A stretch of 62,741 nucleotides of DNA, filler included. It is 5 parts of 5 records of this genome, joined end to end, with 100 filler letters (N's around TTAATTAATTAA, not from the genome) between each part and the next. Parts side by side here need not be neighbours in the genome. Positions count along the whole stretch, not along the records: positions 1 to 22,146 come from DRR723986_4300; 4 more parts are not named here. The stretch is one strand, 5' to 3'. Below are positions 1 through 11,170 of the stretch, piece by piece (the first letter of the stretch is position 1; every line of letters begins with the position of its first letter). The notes under the pieces were generated by a model that saw nothing but the letters and a program-made list of their open reading frames with translations, was not told the DNA's origin and ran no database searches. Both the position numbers and the translations under genes were made by a program.

Positions 1-381
1 GGCCTTGATGGCCATTCCAATGGCGCCGAACAGATCGCGGCGCGCGGCCGCGAGGTCGGCATGGATGTCGTCTATGAAGGTATCCGCTTCGCGCCGAATG
101 AAATTGCCGCGCAGGCCAAGGAAGCGAATGCCCATGTGGTCGGCCTGTCCATCCTGTCGGGTAGCCACCTTGATCTCGTCCGCGAGACGCTGGCGGAACT
201 CCGCAAGGTCGGTCTCGACAATGTGCCGGTTGTGGTCGGCGGCATCATCCCGCCAGAAGATGCCCAGGCTCTGCGCCAGATGGGGGTTGCCCGCATCTAC
301 ACCCCCAAGGATTTCAAGATCACCGGCATCATCGGCGACGTCGTCGGCATCGTCGAAAAGGCCTGGCTGGTCGGAAGCTGA
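1..381 (+). CDS. ecm: B12-binding C-terminal domain of ethylmalonyl-CoA mutase/MeaA (methylmalonyl-CoA mutase family), 5'-truncated
   Basis: Frame 1 from base 1 reads GLDGHSNGAEQIA...VVGLSILSGSH...VVVGGIIP; the DxHxxG cobalamin motif in its GHSNGAEQIA form is typical of MeaA/Ecm. Confidence 0.8.
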   Translation, partial: GLDGHSNGAEQIAARGREVGMDVVYEGIRFAPNEIAAQAKEANAHVVGLSILSGSHLDLVRETLAELRKVGLDNVPVVVGGIIPPEDAQALRQMGVARIYTPKDFKITGIIGDVVGIVEKAWLVGS

Positions 382-461
382 GCCCTGTCATGTTCTTGCC
401 GCTTGTGCTTGTCTTCAGGCAGGCATAAGCGGCGGAAAATTCTGACAGAGGCGCACTGATC

Positions 462-1880
462 ATGCCCCACTCCAATCCGTTTGAGCTCGGCTGGGAAGAA
501 TGGCTGGCACTGCCAGACCTCGGCTTGCCGGCGATCAAGGCGAAGATCGATACGGGCGCGAAGACGTCCGCGCTGCATGCCAGCGTGATCGAGCCGTTTG
601 GTCCGGTGACGAACCCGCAAGTGCGGTTCCTGATCCAGCCCGACCCGAACGATCCGGCCCTGGAAGTGACCTGTTCCGCCCCCGTGGTGGACCGGCGCGA
701 GGTGACGAGTTCCAACGGCGAGACCGAGCTGCGCTATGTGATCGAAACGGACGTCCAGATGGGCGCCCGGCGCTGGCCGATCCAGCTGACGCTGACCAAC
801 CGCGAGAACATGATGTACCGTATGCTGTTCGGCCGCGGCGCCATGCAGCCCGACATGGTGGTCGACCCGAACGAATCCTTCCGCATGCCGGAACTCTCCT
901 ACAAGCTCTACAAGGGCTTGCCGAAGAAGAAGCCGGTGAAACGGCCGCTTCGCATTGCGCTGCTGACGCGGGAGCCGAATAATTATTCCAGCCGGCGCCT
1001 TGTCGAAGCGGCCCGTGAACGCGGCCATGTGATCGAGATGATCGACACGGCTCGCTGCTACATGCAGATCGGCACGCTGGACCCGCAAGTGCATTATGAT
1101 GGCGAGGCGCTGCCGCGATACGACGCCGTGATCCCGCGCATCGGTGCCAAGATCACCGACTATGGTATGGCCGTGCTGCGCCAGTTCTCGAACACAGGTG
1201 CGGTCTGCCTGAACGGGGCAGGGTCGATCGGCAGGTCACGCGACAAGCTTCTGGCCCAGCAGCTGCTGGCCCGCGCGAAGATCGCCATGCCGGTGACAGC
1301 CTTTGCGCACAGTCCGAAGGATACGAAAGACCTGATCGGCCTCGTGGATGGGGCACCGGTCGTGTTGAAACTGCTGACCTCAACACAAGGACGCGGCGTG
1401 GTTCTGGCCGAAACGCGTAAGGCGGCCGAGAGCCTCGTCGATGCGTTCCGCGGGCTCGATGCGGACTTCCTGGTCCAGGAATTCGTGGAAGAGGCTGCCG
1501 GGGCGGATGTGCGCGCCTTCGTGATCGGCAACAAGGTTGTCGGCGCCATGAAGCGTCAGGCACAGAAGGGGGAGTTCCGCTCCAACCTGCATCGCGGTGG
1601 AACCGCCTCCAGCATTCGTCTGACGGCGGAGGAACGGGAAACCGCCCGCGCGGCCGCGAAAGTGCTGGGGCTGAGTGTGGCGGGCGTTGACCTGCTGCAG
1701 ACCAAGGACGGGCCGAAAGTGCTGGAGGTCAATTCCTCTCCCGGCCTCGAAGGCATCGAGAATGCCACCGGCAAGGACATTGCGGACAAGATCATCGAAC
1801 ACCTGGAACGTCAGGTGCGTCCTCTGTCCAGCGACCGGGAAAACGTCACGCGCAGCAACCGCCGGATCAACGTGAACTGA
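462..1880 (+). CDS. rimK: RimB-like retropepsin-type protease domain fused to a RimK ATP-grasp alpha-L-glutamate ligase
   Basis: N-terminal GWEEW...[15 protein letters not shown]...[13 protein letters not shown]-terminal [38 protein letters not shown]. Confidence 0.88.
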   Translation: MPHSNPFELGWEEWLALPDLGLPAIKAKIDTGAKTSALHASVIEPFGPVTNPQVRFLIQPDPNDPALEVTCSAPVVDRREVTSSNGETELRYVIETDVQMGARRWPIQLTLTNRENMMYRMLFGRGAMQPDMVVDPNESFRMPELSYKLYKGLPKKKPVKRPLRIALLTREPNNYSSRRLVEAARERGHVIEMIDTARCYMQIGTLDPQVHYDGEALPRYDAVIPRIGAKITDYGMAVLRQFSNTGAVCLNGAGSIGRSRDKLLAQQLLARAKIAMPVTAFAHSPKDTKDLIGLVDGAPVVLKLLTSTQGRGVVLAETRKAAESLVDAFRGLDADFLVQEFVEEAAGADVRAFVIGNKVVGAMKRQAQKGEFRSNLHRGGTASSIRLTAEERETARAAAKVLGLSVAGVDLLQTKDGPKVLEVNSSPGLEGIENATGKDIADKIIEHLERQVRPLSSDRENVTRSNRRINVN

Positions 1881-3126
1881 ACAGCTTTCCCTTCTCGGTG
1901 ATCAGGATGATCGTGAGGGAAGAGAGGCCGAGACAGACAAAGCCGAGCATCAACGGGATCGTGGACCCGTTGTACTGGCTGCCGATCAGCATGCCGATCA
2001 GGCTGGAGACGGTCGTCGTGGCAAATCCATATGCAGCCGATGCCGTCCCGGCGATCGAGCCGAGCGGTTCCATGGCGAGGGCCGAGAAGTTCGATCCAAG
2101 CAGGCCGAAGCAGGCGAATGTCAGGATGAACAGCGGATAGAACCAGAGAAGGTTCTCGCCCATGAAAAAGGTGGTCGCTGCAGACAGGGCCGACAGCCCG
2201 GTGAACAGGAACAGGGCCGAATGGCTGATCCGGCGCATGCCGATCTTCTCGACCAGCCTCGAATTGGCGAAGTTGGCCACGGCCAGCATGGCGGCGATTC
2301 CTGAGAACCAGAGAACGAAGTCCTGACCGCGGCCAAAGACTTCCCGGAAAACCTGTTCGGACGTCGCGATAAAGGAGAAGAGCGCGCCGAACACGATGCC
2401 GGACGCGCACATGTATCCGAATGTGACCGGCGTGCGGATCACCTGTGCATAGGCGCCGAGGGCATTGGCGAGGTTCAGCGGCCGGCGGTTTTCAGCCGGC
2501 AGGGTCTCAGGCAGGCGGGCCCATGTCCAGCCGAGCATGCCAAGTCCGAAAACCACCAGTGCTCCGAAGATCCACTCCCACGGCGCCACCAGGAGAATGG
2601 CTTGTCCCACGGCCGGGGCGATGATCGGGATGATCATGAAAATGGTCATCACCAGCGACATGAACCGGGCCATCTGCCGTCCGGCGAAAAGGTCACGGAC
2701 GATAGAGACAGCAACCAGCCGGGCACCGGACGAGAACACGCCCTGCACAAAGCGCGCGGCCAGCAGGGCATGGAATTCCCGCAATGTAATGCACAGCGAT
2801 GCCATGACAATGTAGCCGATGAGGCTGACAAAGAGCGGGCCGCGGCGCCCGAACCTGTCGGTGATCGGCCCCCACAGGATTTGGGGCGCGCCAAAACCGA
2901 GGATGTAGGAGAAGATGATGAGTTGCTGGCGGTTGTCGCTCTCTACGCCTTCCGCCGTCAGGCCGACGGCATGCGCGATCTCGTTCAGCGCCGGCAGCAT
3001 GATGTCGATGGCCAGCGCGTTCAGGGCCATCAGGCCGGCGACCATGACGACCATTTCCATCTGCCCCGGAACCTTCCGGTCAGGCAGTGTTTCGGGCGCC
3101 GGTGCCTTTGTTTCAGTATCGGGCAC
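1867..3126 (-). CDS. Bcr/CflA (DHA1) family MFS drug-resistance transporter
   Basis: [21 protein letters not shown] motif A, ARFVQG, LPETL; about 12 hydrophobic segments. Confidence 0.88.
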   Translation of the reverse strand: MPDTETKAPAPETLPDRKVPGQMEMVVMVAGLMALNALAIDIMLPALNEIAHAVGLTAEGVESDNRQQLIIFSYILGFGAPQILWGPITDRFGRRGPLFVSLIGYIVMASLCITLREFHALLAARFVQGVFSSGARLVAVSIVRDLFAGRQMARFMSLVMTIFMIIPIIAPAVGQAILLVAPWEWIFGALVVFGLGMLGWTWARLPETLPAENRRPLNLANALGAYAQVIRTPVTFGYMCASGIVFGALFSFIATSEQVFREVFGRGQDFVLWFSGIAAMLAVANFANSRLVEKIGMRRISHSALFLFTGLSALSAATTFFMGENLLWFYPLFILTFACFGLLGSNFSALAMEPLGSIAGTASAAYGFATTTVSSLIGMLIGSQYNGSTIPLMLGFVCLGLSSLTIILITEKGKLFSSR

Positions 3127-3290
3127 CGCATGCGCCTTTCGAGCCAGTGAGTTTCCGGGAAAGGCTATCTGGACCCGTCAGGCCATCATTACCAGAGCTG
3201 CCGGCAGAAAACTGTCAGACGGGCCTGCGCCCGCTCCGAATGGCGCGGTGGGATATCCGAATTCTGATGTTATGAAATCCAGGGACCAGA

Positions 3291-3872
3291 TCAGGGTTGC
3301 GGGCGGACGATGCTGCCGGAAAGGTTCATGATGACCTGGTCTGCATCGAAATAGGCAGCGTCATCAGGCTTCGGCCCTTTGCCCATCAGGATCTCTGCCG
3401 ACGCAATATAGCGCGTCGACTCCCTGTATTCGGCCGAGCCCCAATAAGGGTCGTAATAGCCCCAGCGTGGCCAGAACGGATCTGGATAATAGGGCCGGGC
3501 GCGGTAGTAGGCCGAGCGCGGCCCGTAATAATAATAGTCGAGATAAAAGTGGTCGTAGAACGGCGAGTAGGGCCCGCCGCCCGTAGGCACCAGCCGGCTT
3601 TTCGCGTCCGTATCCCGGTGCACGACCCGGAAATGATCATACCCGTTCAGCTTGGTCAGCTCAGCTGCGCGGTAAAGCAGGTATGTCTCAACCGTCTTGC
3701 GGTCTGTCAGGCTGTTACCGGCAAACTGGACGCGGAACCGGTTGTTCTCGATCTGCTGTTCGGAATAGCCGCGGCTGGAGGAGTCAATTGCCGCCTGGTA
3801 GGGCGTCGCGGTCGCGCAGGCACCAAGCAGGGCAAGTGCTGCAATCGCAGCAGGAAGAACAAGTTTCCGCAT
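3291..3872 (-). CDS. Lipoprotein, CC0125/CC1285-like family
   Basis: Signal peptide with lipobox LGAC, then TPYQ, GYSEQQIE, FAGNSLT, YLLYRAAELT; Tyr/Trp/Pro-rich insert; start taken at MRKLVL. Confidence 0.7.
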   Translation of the reverse strand: MRKLVLPAAIAALALLGACATATPYQAAIDSSSRGYSEQQIENNRFRVQFAGNSLTDRKTVETYLLYRAAELTKLNGYDHFRVVHRDTDAKSRLVPTGGGPYSPFYDHFYLDYYYYGPRSAYYRARPYYPDPFWPRWGYYDPYWGSAEYRESTRYIASAEILMGKGPKPDDAAYFDADQVIMNLSGSIVRPQP

Positions 3873-4014
3873 CTGGGAGTACCTCCGGCGCACAGTTATT
3901 TGAGTATAATATATGGATCGTTGTAGCTGAATGCCAGTTGAACCATGTCGCAGCCGACCGCTGACGTCATGAAGATACTGTTAGTTTTCGTCAGGCACCC
4001 TGTGGTTGCGGCAA

Positions 4015-4048
4015 CGAAAAAGGGCGGCCCCGGGAGGCCGCCCTTTCG
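4015..4048 (-). terminator. Rho-independent terminator of the aldehyde dehydrogenase gene
   Basis: AAAAAGGGCGGCC-CCGGGA-GGCCGCCCTTT hairpin about 20 nt after the stop at 4068, with a U-tract on the minus strand. Confidence 0.8.
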
Positions 4049-4067
4049 AATTCAGGATCTGGCTGGA

Positions 4068-5498
4068 TCAGGCTGCTTTGTAGCCGATCACTGCCTTGAC
4101 CTCGAGGAATTCCTCAAAGCCTTCCTCGCCCCACTCGCGGCCATTGCCGGATTGGCCGTAGCCACCGAACGGCGCCGTGAAGTCAGGGCGTGCGCCATTG
4201 ACCTGGATCTGGCCAGCGCGGATGCGGTTGGCGACCTTGTTGGCTTCATCTTCAGGGCCCTGCACATAACCGGCCAGGCCATAGACCGTGTCGTTCGCCA
4301 TCTCGATGGCGTCTTCAACGTCCTCATAGGGCAGGATGCAGAGCACCGGTCCGAAGATTTCCTCGCGAGCGATCGTCATGTCGTTGGTGACATTGGCGAA
4401 GACGGTTGGGCGGGCGAAGTAGCCCTTGTTGAAGCCTTCCGGACGGCCCGGACCACCGGCGACCAGCGTTGCGCCTTCTTCGATGCCCTTCTGAATGAGA
4501 TCCTGTACCTTCTGGTACTGGTTGCCATTCGAGATCGGGCCGATGGCGCCAGGGGTTGCTTCCGCTGGCATCATAACCTTCACGGACTCAGCGGTTGCCT
4601 TGGCGATTGCGATCGCTTCATCCTGCTGGTCCTTCTGGACGAACATCCGGGACGGGGCGTTACAGGACTGGCCGGAATTGGTCATCATCTGGATGACACC
4701 GCCGGAGACAGCCTTCTGCAGGTCTGCGCTCGGCAGGACGATGTTCGGGCTCTTGCCGCCCAGTTCCTGCGCAACGCGCTTCACGGTCGGTGCTGCGGCC
4801 TGTGCCACGAGCACGCCCGCGCGGGTGGAACCGGTGAAGGACATCATGTCGACATCCGGATGCGCGGACAGCGTGGCGCCGACACCTGGACCGTCACCGT
4901 TCACGAGATTGAAGACGCCCTTCGGCACGCCGGCCTCATGGATGATTTCAGTCAGGATCATGGCGTCGATCGGGGCGATTTCGGACGGCTTCAGCACCAT
5001 GGTGCAGCCTGCGGCGATGGCCGGGGCCACTTTGCAGGCGATCTGGTTGATCGGCCAGTTCCACGGCGTGATGAAGCCGCAAACGCCGATCGGTTCTTTG
5101 CGCAGAAGGGTCGTGCCCTTCACTTCTTCCCATTTGTAGTTCCGCAGGATCGCAGCGGTCGTTGCGAAGTGGCCCATGCCGGACGGCACCTGGGCGGCAT
5201 TGGCCAGCCACATCGGCGCGCCCATTTCGGTGGAAACGGCTTCAGCCAGTTCCGGGAGACGGGCCTGAATGCCTGCTGCGATCTTGTCGAGCAGCTCGGC
5301 GCGGTATTCCACGGTCGTCTGCGAGAAGGCCGGGAAGGCTGCCTTTGCAGCGGCCACGGCCTTGTCGACGTCTGCCTTCGAGCCGAGCGAAATGACGGCG
5401 AAGTTTTCCTCGGTCGCCGGGTTCTCGACTTCGAGCGTCTTCGGCGTCACGGGATCAACCCATTCACCATTGATGTAGAATTTCAGGTACTCTTTCAT
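4068..5498 (-). CDS. NAD(P)-dependent aldehyde dehydrogenase
   Basis: ITPWNWP, KPSE, FTGST, ELGGKSP, NSGQSC (catalytic Cys), EEIFGP. Confidence 0.93.
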   Translation of the reverse strand: MKEYLKFYINGEWVDPVTPKTLEVENPATEENFAVISLGSKADVDKAVAAAKAAFPAFSQTTVEYRAELLDKIAAGIQARLPELAEAVSTEMGAPMWLANAAQVPSGMGHFATTAAILRNYKWEEVKGTTLLRKEPIGVCGFITPWNWPINQIACKVAPAIAAGCTMVLKPSEIAPIDAMILTEIIHEAGVPKGVFNLVNGDGPGVGATLSAHPDVDMMSFTGSTRAGVLVAQAAAPTVKRVAQELGGKSPNIVLPSADLQKAVSGGVIQMMTNSGQSCNAPSRMFVQKDQQDEAIAIAKATAESVKVMMPAEATPGAIGPISNGNQYQKVQDLIQKGIEEGATLVAGGPGRPEGFNKGYFARPTVFANVTNDMTIAREEIFGPVLCILPYEDVEDAIEMANDTVYGLAGYVQGPEDEANKVANRIRAGQIQVNGARPDFTAPFGGYGQSGNGREWGEEGFEEFLEVKAVIGYKAA

Positions 5499-5603
5499 GC
5501 CGCTCGGGCCTCCCTGCAAGATGTCAGACTACAATAAGTATAGGGGCAGGGCCCGCGAGCCGCGAGTCCTTACCCGACGATATGTCCGCTTTGTCACCGG
5601 CCA

Positions 5604-7877
5604 TCAGCCGTGAACATTGTCCACATCATAGGCGGCAATGGTCGCGAGGTTCACGATATCCCCCACCGTCGCGCCCAGTGAAGCGATCTGCACAGGCTTT
5701 TCGAGGCCAAGCAGCATCGGGCCGATCACGGTGGCGCGGCTCATCGATTCCAGAAGCTTGGTCGATATCGATGCGGCGTGAATGGCCGGCATTACGAGAA
5801 CATTGGCCGGACCGCTGAGACGCGAGAACGGATACAGCATCCAGTGGTTCGGGTTCAGCGCGACGTCTGCTGACATGTCGCCCTCATACTCGAAGTCGAT
5901 GCCATCCATCTTGTCGAGAATGGCGACTGCCTCACGGACTTTCTCCCCCCGTTCGCCCATCGGGTTGCCGAAGGTGGAATAGGACAGGAAGGCGACACGC
6001 GGGATAAAGCCGACCGATTGCACGGCGCGCGCCGCCTCTATGGCGATGTCGGCAAGCTCCGGCCCGCCCGGCAGTTCGGTGACGCTGGTGTCTGCGATGA
6101 AAACCGTCTTGCCGCGGTTGATCACCATCGACATGCCAATGACCGCCTGGCCCGGGATCGGGTCCAGCACCATCTGGGCGTCTTTCAGGGCCACGTCATA
6201 GTTACGGGTGACGCCTGTGACCATGCCGTCGGCATCGCCATTCTTCAGCATGCAGGAGCCGAATATGTTGCGGTCATTGTTGACGAGGCGCTGCACGTCC
6301 CGCTTGAGGTAGCCCTCGCGCTGAACGCGGGCATACAGCATGTCGGTGTAGACGGGGTTATTGTCCGACAGGCGGGCGTTGATGATTTCCAGCGACCCGG
6401 CCGGAACACCCATCATTTCCATCGTCTGCTCAACCTGGGCTTCGCGGCCGATCAGGATCGGATGGCCGAGGCCCTGGTTCTTGAAGCTGTAGGCCGCGCG
6501 GACGACCGCCGGTTCTTCACCTTCCGCGAACACGATCCGCCGCTGCACTTCCTTGCAGCGCGCCTGCACACCTTCGAGGAAGGCGGCAGCCGGATCGGAG
6601 CGGCGCTTCAGCTGGGCGCGGTAGGCATCCATGTCCGCGATGGGCTTGCGGGCAACGCCGGTGTCCATGGCGGCCTGCGCCACGAAGGGCGGGACGTGCG
6701 AGATGAGGCGCGGATCGAACGGGGAGGGGATGATATATTCCCGGCCGAAAGAGGGGCGTGAGCCGTGATAGGCGGCGGCCACTTCATCCGGTACGTCTTC
6801 ACGCGCGAGTTCCGCCAGCGCGTAGGCGGCCGCGACCTTCATCTCTTCATTGATGCTGCGTGCCCGGACATCGAGCGCGCCGCGGAAAATGTACGGGAAG
6901 CCGAGGACGTTGTTCACCTGGTTCGGATAGTCTGACCGGCCCGTCGCAATGATGGCATCATCACGGACGGTCTTGATTTCTTCCGGCGTGATTTCCGGGT
7001 CCGGATTGGCCATGGCGAAGATGATCGGGTTCGGCGCCATCGCCTTGACCATGTCCGCCGTCACGGCGCCCTTGATCGAGAGACCGAGGAAAATGTCCGC
7101 GCCTTCCATGGCTTCGGTCAGCGTCCGCTTGGTTGTCTTCACGGCAAAGGCCGATTTGAACTGGTCCATCCGTTCGGTGCGGCCCTCATAGACGACGCCC
7201 GTGGAGTCGCACATCAGGATGTTTTCCGCTTTCACGCCAAGATGGCGGATCAGGCCTGCGCAGGATAGGCCCGCGGCCCCGGCGCCGGAAACGGCGACTT
7301 TCACGTCTTTCAGGTCGCGGCCGGTAATGTGGCAGGCATTGATGATGCCCGCTGCGGCAATGATGGCCGTGCCGTGCTGGTCGTCATGGAAGACCGGAAT
7401 GTCCAGTTCTTCGCGCAGGCGGCTTTCAATGATGAAACAATCCGGCGACCCGATGTCTTCCAGATTGATGCCACCCCATGTGTCACCAATGTTGCGAACG
7501 GTCCGGATGAAATCTTCCGCATCCTTCGTATTCACTTCGACATCGATACTGTCGATATCGGCAAAGCGCTTGAAGAGGACGGACTTGCCTTCCATCACCG
7601 GCTTCGATGCCATGGGGCCAAGATCGCCAAGGCCGAGAATGGCGGTGCCGTTTGAGATCACGGCGACCATGTTGCCCTTGGATGTATAGTCATAGGCCTT
7701 GTCTTCATCCTCGGCGATGGCCAGCACCGGTACAGCTACGCCCGGGCTGTACGCCAGCGACAGGTCCCGCTGGGTGCCCATGGGCTTGGTCGGCGCCATG
7801 GAGATCTTGCCGGCGGTCGGCTTGGAATGGAAATCAAGGGCTTCCTGATCGGTGAAGCTGGGGCGCTTTGACGTCAT
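5604..7877 (-). CDS. maeB: NADP-dependent malic enzyme with C-terminal phosphotransacetylase-like domain
   Basis: DLSLAYSPGVA, MEGKSVLFKRFA, FHDDQHGTAI, GRSDYPNQVNN; C-terminal RIVFAEGEE; 757 aa. Confidence 0.95.
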   Translation of the reverse strand: MTSKRPSFTDQEALDFHSKPTAGKISMAPTKPMGTQRDLSLAYSPGVAVPVLAIAEDEDKAYDYTSKGNMVAVISNGTAILGLGDLGPMASKPVMEGKSVLFKRFADIDSIDVEVNTKDAEDFIRTVRNIGDTWGGINLEDIGSPDCFIIESRLREELDIPVFHDDQHGTAIIAAAGIINACHITGRDLKDVKVAVSGAGAAGLSCAGLIRHLGVKAENILMCDSTGVVYEGRTERMDQFKSAFAVKTTKRTLTEAMEGADIFLGLSIKGAVTADMVKAMAPNPIIFAMANPDPEITPEEIKTVRDDAIIATGRSDYPNQVNNVLGFPYIFRGALDVRARSINEEMKVAAAYALAELAREDVPDEVAAAYHGSRPSFGREYIIPSPFDPRLISHVPPFVAQAAMDTGVARKPIADMDAYRAQLKRRSDPAAAFLEGVQARCKEVQRRIVFAEGEEPAVVRAAYSFKNQGLGHPILIGREAQVEQTMEMMGVPAGSLEIINARLSDNNPVYTDMLYARVQREGYLKRDVQRLVNNDRNIFGSCMLKNGDADGMVTGVTRNYDVALKDAQMVLDPIPGQAVIGMSMVINRGKTVFIADTSVTELPGGPELADIAIEAARAVQSVGFIPRVAFLSYSTFGNPMGERGEKVREAVAILDKMDGIDFEYEGDMSADVALNPNHWMLYPFSRLSGPANVLVMPAIHAASISTKLLESMSRATVIGPMLLGLEKPVQIASLGATVGDIVNLATIAAYDVDNVHG

Positions 7878-8044
7878 GACTTGGGGTCTGTTCTACGGGT
7901 CTGTTTCGGTTCTCGATTGGGGCCGGACCCTAGGCCGCGCCGAGGGGGCTGCCAACTGCCTAAATGACCGAAAAGCATGCGATTTCAGCATGGCTGGCCA
8001 GATGCTTTGCGAATCCCCTGGCAAACGGCTAGCGTCCGCGCGAC

Positions 8045-10756
8045 ATGGCTGACACTGCAACCTCCTCCCCTGCGAGCAAGACTTCCGCGCCGACCCCGTT
8101 CATGGCGCAATATCTTTCCATTAAAGCGCAGCAACCCGATGCGCTTTTGTTCTTTCGCATGGGGGATTTCTACGAACTGTTCTTCGACGATGCCGTAGAC
8201 GCTGCACGCATCCTCGACATCACGCTCACCTCGCGCGGGGAACATGAGGGCAAGCCCATCCCGATGGCCGGCGTGCCCTATCATGCGGCCGAAGGATATC
8301 TTGCCCGCCTGATCAAGGCCGGGTGCCGTGTGGCGGTATGCGAACAGACCGAAAGTCCGGCCGAAGCGAAGAAGCGCGGCTCCAAGGCGATCGTGAACCG
8401 GGAGATTGTGCGGATCGTCACGCCTGGCACCCTGACGGAGGAGGCGCTTTTGCCCGCCCGGCAGGGGCAAGCGCTGGCCGGCATTGCTTTGGGGGCAGGG
8501 GGAACAGAAGCGGCGATCGCCGTTTGCGACGTGTCGACAGGCACATTCGACGTCGCGGCGGTCGATCCGGCCGCACTCGCCGACATGCTGATGGCCTGGC
8601 CCCTCTCGGAATTACTGGCAGCTGATGCCGACAGCGGCAAACCGCCGATCATCTCGGCGACCGCGGCGTCTGCTGCACCGGTCACCTGGCGGCCCGCGCG
8701 GGCGGCGACGCACAAGACCGGCGAGGCGCTCCTGAAGGAAGCCTTCGACATCGCCGCCATCGATGCGCTGGGGGACTTCAGCCGTACCGAGCTTTCCGCC
8801 GTTGGCCTGCTGCTCGACTATGTGAAGCTGACACAGGCGGGCAGCGAGATCCGCCTCGATCCGCCGCGCCGGCCCGATCCATCCGGGCATCTGTCGATTG
8901 ATCCGGCGACCCGGGCCAGCCTCGAGATCGACCGGGCCATGAATGGCGGACGTGACGGATCCCTCCTCGGCACGATCGACCGGACGGTTACGGCGCCCGG
9001 CGCGCGCCTTCTGGCGGCCCGCCTCGCCCGGCCTTCCCTCGACAAGGCGGAGATCGAGGCTCGTCACGATGCTGCGGCTTGGTTCGTGGACGACACATCT
9101 GCGCTGGAAGATCTCCGGGCCCGGTTGCGCCAGGCGCCGGACCTGGAGCGCGCCCGGACGCGTCTCAATCTTGGAAGGGGTGGCCCGCGCGACCTTCTTG
9201 CCATTGCCAATGCACTGCAGGCGGCAAGCGAAGGGGCGGGTCTTCTGAAACAATCCGGCGTACTGCCGGACCAGCTGGCGCGTGCCTGCGAACAGCTGGA
9301 CCTGTCTGGTCAGCCCGGCCTTGCGGAACTTGCAGGGGACATGGGGCGGGCCATCAAGGAAAGTCCGCCAACCCTCGCACGAGATGGCGGGTTCGTCGCA
9401 ACCGGATGGGACCAGGCACTGGACGATGTCCGGGCCTTGCGGGACGACAGCCGCAAGATCATTGCGGAGATGCAGGCGCGCTATGCCAGCGACACCGGTA
9501 TTTCTGCGTTGAAGGTCAAGTTCAACAATGTGCTCGGCTATTTTGTCGACGTGCCGGCAAAGCACGGCGACACATTGATGGCGCCTCCCTGGTCGGAGAC
9601 CTTCATTCACCGGCAGACACTTGCCGGGAATGTCCGCTTTTCGACCAGCGAACTCGCGGACCTTGCCGGACGGATCTCGCGTGCGGAGGAAGAGGCCAAG
9701 GCGAGGGAACTGGCGATCTTTGATGAGCTGTCCGCGCGCGTGTCAGCGGCCAGTGCTGACTTGTCCGCAAGCGCCGGGGCGATTGCTAGCCTGGATGTGG
9801 CCGCTGCGACGGCAGCCTGGGCTCTGGAAGCAGAGGCAGTCCGTCCACGGATTGAAGAAGCGCCCGTCTTCGAAGCAGATGCCCTGCGCCATCCGGTGGT
9901 CGAAGCCGCACTCAAAAAGGAGGGGCAGGGCTTTACCGCCAATGCCCTGGCGCTTGATGCGGATGGCGGAGAAGCGCCGCGCCTCATGCTGGTGACCGGG
10001 CCGAACATGGCCGGTAAGTCTACCTATCTGCGCCAGTCGGCGCTTGCAGTGATCCTGGCGCAGGCTGGCTTGTTTGTACCGGCGCGCAGCATCCGGGTCG
10101 GTCTTGCGGACCGTGTCTTCTCCCGTGTGGGTGCGTCCGACGACCTGGCGCGCGGGCGGTCCACCTTCATGGTGGAGATGGTGGAGACCGCCGCGATCCT
10201 GACTCAGGCGACCCGCCGCAGCTTCGTTATTCTCGACGAGGTCGGCCGGGGCACGTCGACCTGGGACGGGCTGGCCATTGCCTGGGCAGCGGTCGAACAT
10301 CTCCACTCGACCAATGGCTGCCGGGCCCTGTTTGCCACGCACTATCATGAGCTGACGGGACTTGCGGATGATTTGGCCGGCGCGGCCAACGCCTCTCTGA
10401 AGGCCCGTGAATGGAAGAACGACCTGGTCTTCCTGCATGAAGTTCAGCCGGGGCCTGCCGACAGGTCTTACGGGGTCCAGGTTGCGCGTCTTGCCGGCCT
10501 GCCGAAAAAGGCGGTGACGCGCGCCGCACAGATCCTGAAGCGTCTCGAAACCGATCCCTCATCGGCCGAAACCCTGCCGCTGTTTGCTGCGGCGCCACTG
10601 AGTGTGGAAGAGGACGCGGCCGACACGCCTGTGCCGCCCGGAGCTGGCGACCGGCTCGCGACCTTGCTTGAGGACATCGATCCTGACTCCCTGACACCCC
10701 GGGAGGCGCTGGATCTGGTCTACAGGTTGAAGGACGAAACGAGGAGCGAGGACTGA
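8045..10756 (+). CDS. mutS: DNA mismatch repair protein MutS
   Basis: [58 protein letters not shown]. Confidence 0.97.
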   Translation: MADTATSSPASKTSAPTPFMAQYLSIKAQQPDALLFFRMGDFYELFFDDAVDAARILDITLTSRGEHEGKPIPMAGVPYHAAEGYLARLIKAGCRVAVCEQTESPAEAKKRGSKAIVNREIVRIVTPGTLTEEALLPARQGQALAGIALGAGGTEAAIAVCDVSTGTFDVAAVDPAALADMLMAWPLSELLAADADSGKPPIISATAASAAPVTWRPARAATHKTGEALLKEAFDIAAIDALGDFSRTELSAVGLLLDYVKLTQAGSEIRLDPPRRPDPSGHLSIDPATRASLEIDRAMNGGRDGSLLGTIDRTVTAPGARLLAARLARPSLDKAEIEARHDAAAWFVDDTSALEDLRARLRQAPDLERARTRLNLGRGGPRDLLAIANALQAASEGAGLLKQSGVLPDQLARACEQLDLSGQPGLAELAGDMGRAIKESPPTLARDGGFVATGWDQALDDVRALRDDSRKIIAEMQARYASDTGISALKVKFNNVLGYFVDVPAKHGDTLMAPPWSETFIHRQTLAGNVRFSTSELADLAGRISRAEEEAKARELAIFDELSARVSAASADLSASAGAIASLDVAAATAAWALEAEAVRPRIEEAPVFEADALRHPVVEAALKKEGQGFTANALALDADGGEAPRLMLVTGPNMAGKSTYLRQSALAVILAQAGLFVPARSIRVGLADRVFSRVGASDDLARGRSTFMVEMVETAAILTQATRRSFVILDEVGRGTSTWDGLAIAWAAVEHLHSTNGCRALFATHYHELTGLADDLAGAANASLKAREWKNDLVFLHEVQPGPADRSYGVQVARLAGLPKKAVTRAAQILKRLETDPSSAETLPLFAAAPLSVEEDAADTPVPPGAGDRLATLLEDIDPDSLTPREALDLVYRLKDETRSED

Positions 10757-10759
10757 GGC

Positions 10760-10969
10760 CTAGCTTGATCGCTCAAGGGCTTCGAGAATGTGGATTGCGG
10801 CGCGCAGGGACTGGTCGTTTTCGATCCGGTCAATCAGTCTTTTGCCGTCACGGCGCAGGCCCATGATCTTCAGGTCCCGCTCGGCTTTTCCGGATGCAGG
10901 CGGTTCAATGACAAAAGGTTCGTAGAAAAAGTCGATCGGCGCCGTTTGGCGTCCGCGCCTCGTGGCCAT
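10760..10969 (-). CDS. Small hypothetical protein (69 aa)
   Basis: ORF fills part of the gap after mutS and ends 3 nt from the mutS stop (convergent); protein-like amphipathic C-terminal half; no recognised family and weak RBS. Confidence 0.35.
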   Translation of the reverse strand: MATRRGRQTAPIDFFYEPFVIEPPASGKAERDLKIMGLRRDGKRLIDRIENDQSLRAAIHILEALERSS

Positions 10970-11107
10970 TTGAATTGGCCAAGTTGGGCATGTCTGACTT
11001 CCTGAGTTCTGGATTTAGTGATCGAACTGGCATGCAAACACTGAATCGATAGCAACCTAGGCGCGCAAAATTCGGAAGCCCAGCCCCGAAATCTGTATCA
11101 GAAATGG

Positions 11108-11134
11108 AAAACCGCAGGCGGCTGCCTGCGGCTT
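11108..11134 (-). terminator. Rho-independent terminator of the small lipoprotein gene
   Basis: CCGCAGGC-GGCT-GCCTGCGG stem followed by TTTT on the minus strand, about 40 nt after the stop at 11171. Confidence 0.65.
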
Positions 11135-11170
11135 GATCCGGAAATCATTGTCGGTTTCGCGTCGGCGCGA

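Noticed and set aside
1-381. ecm plus phbB (62336-62741) as an ethylmalonyl-CoA pathway cluster
   Set aside because: They are on different contigs, probably from different organisms
3450-3590. Tyr/Trp/Pro-rich tract as a RiPP precursor or repeat array
   Set aside because: It is internal to a lipoprotein CDS, and no modifying enzymes are nearby
3945-5537. 530-aa plus-strand ORF, and similar long antisense ORFs such as 42062-43930, 55136-56296 and 24905-25948
   Set aside because: These are shadow ORFs opposite well-supported genes, expected in high-GC DNA, with no motifs
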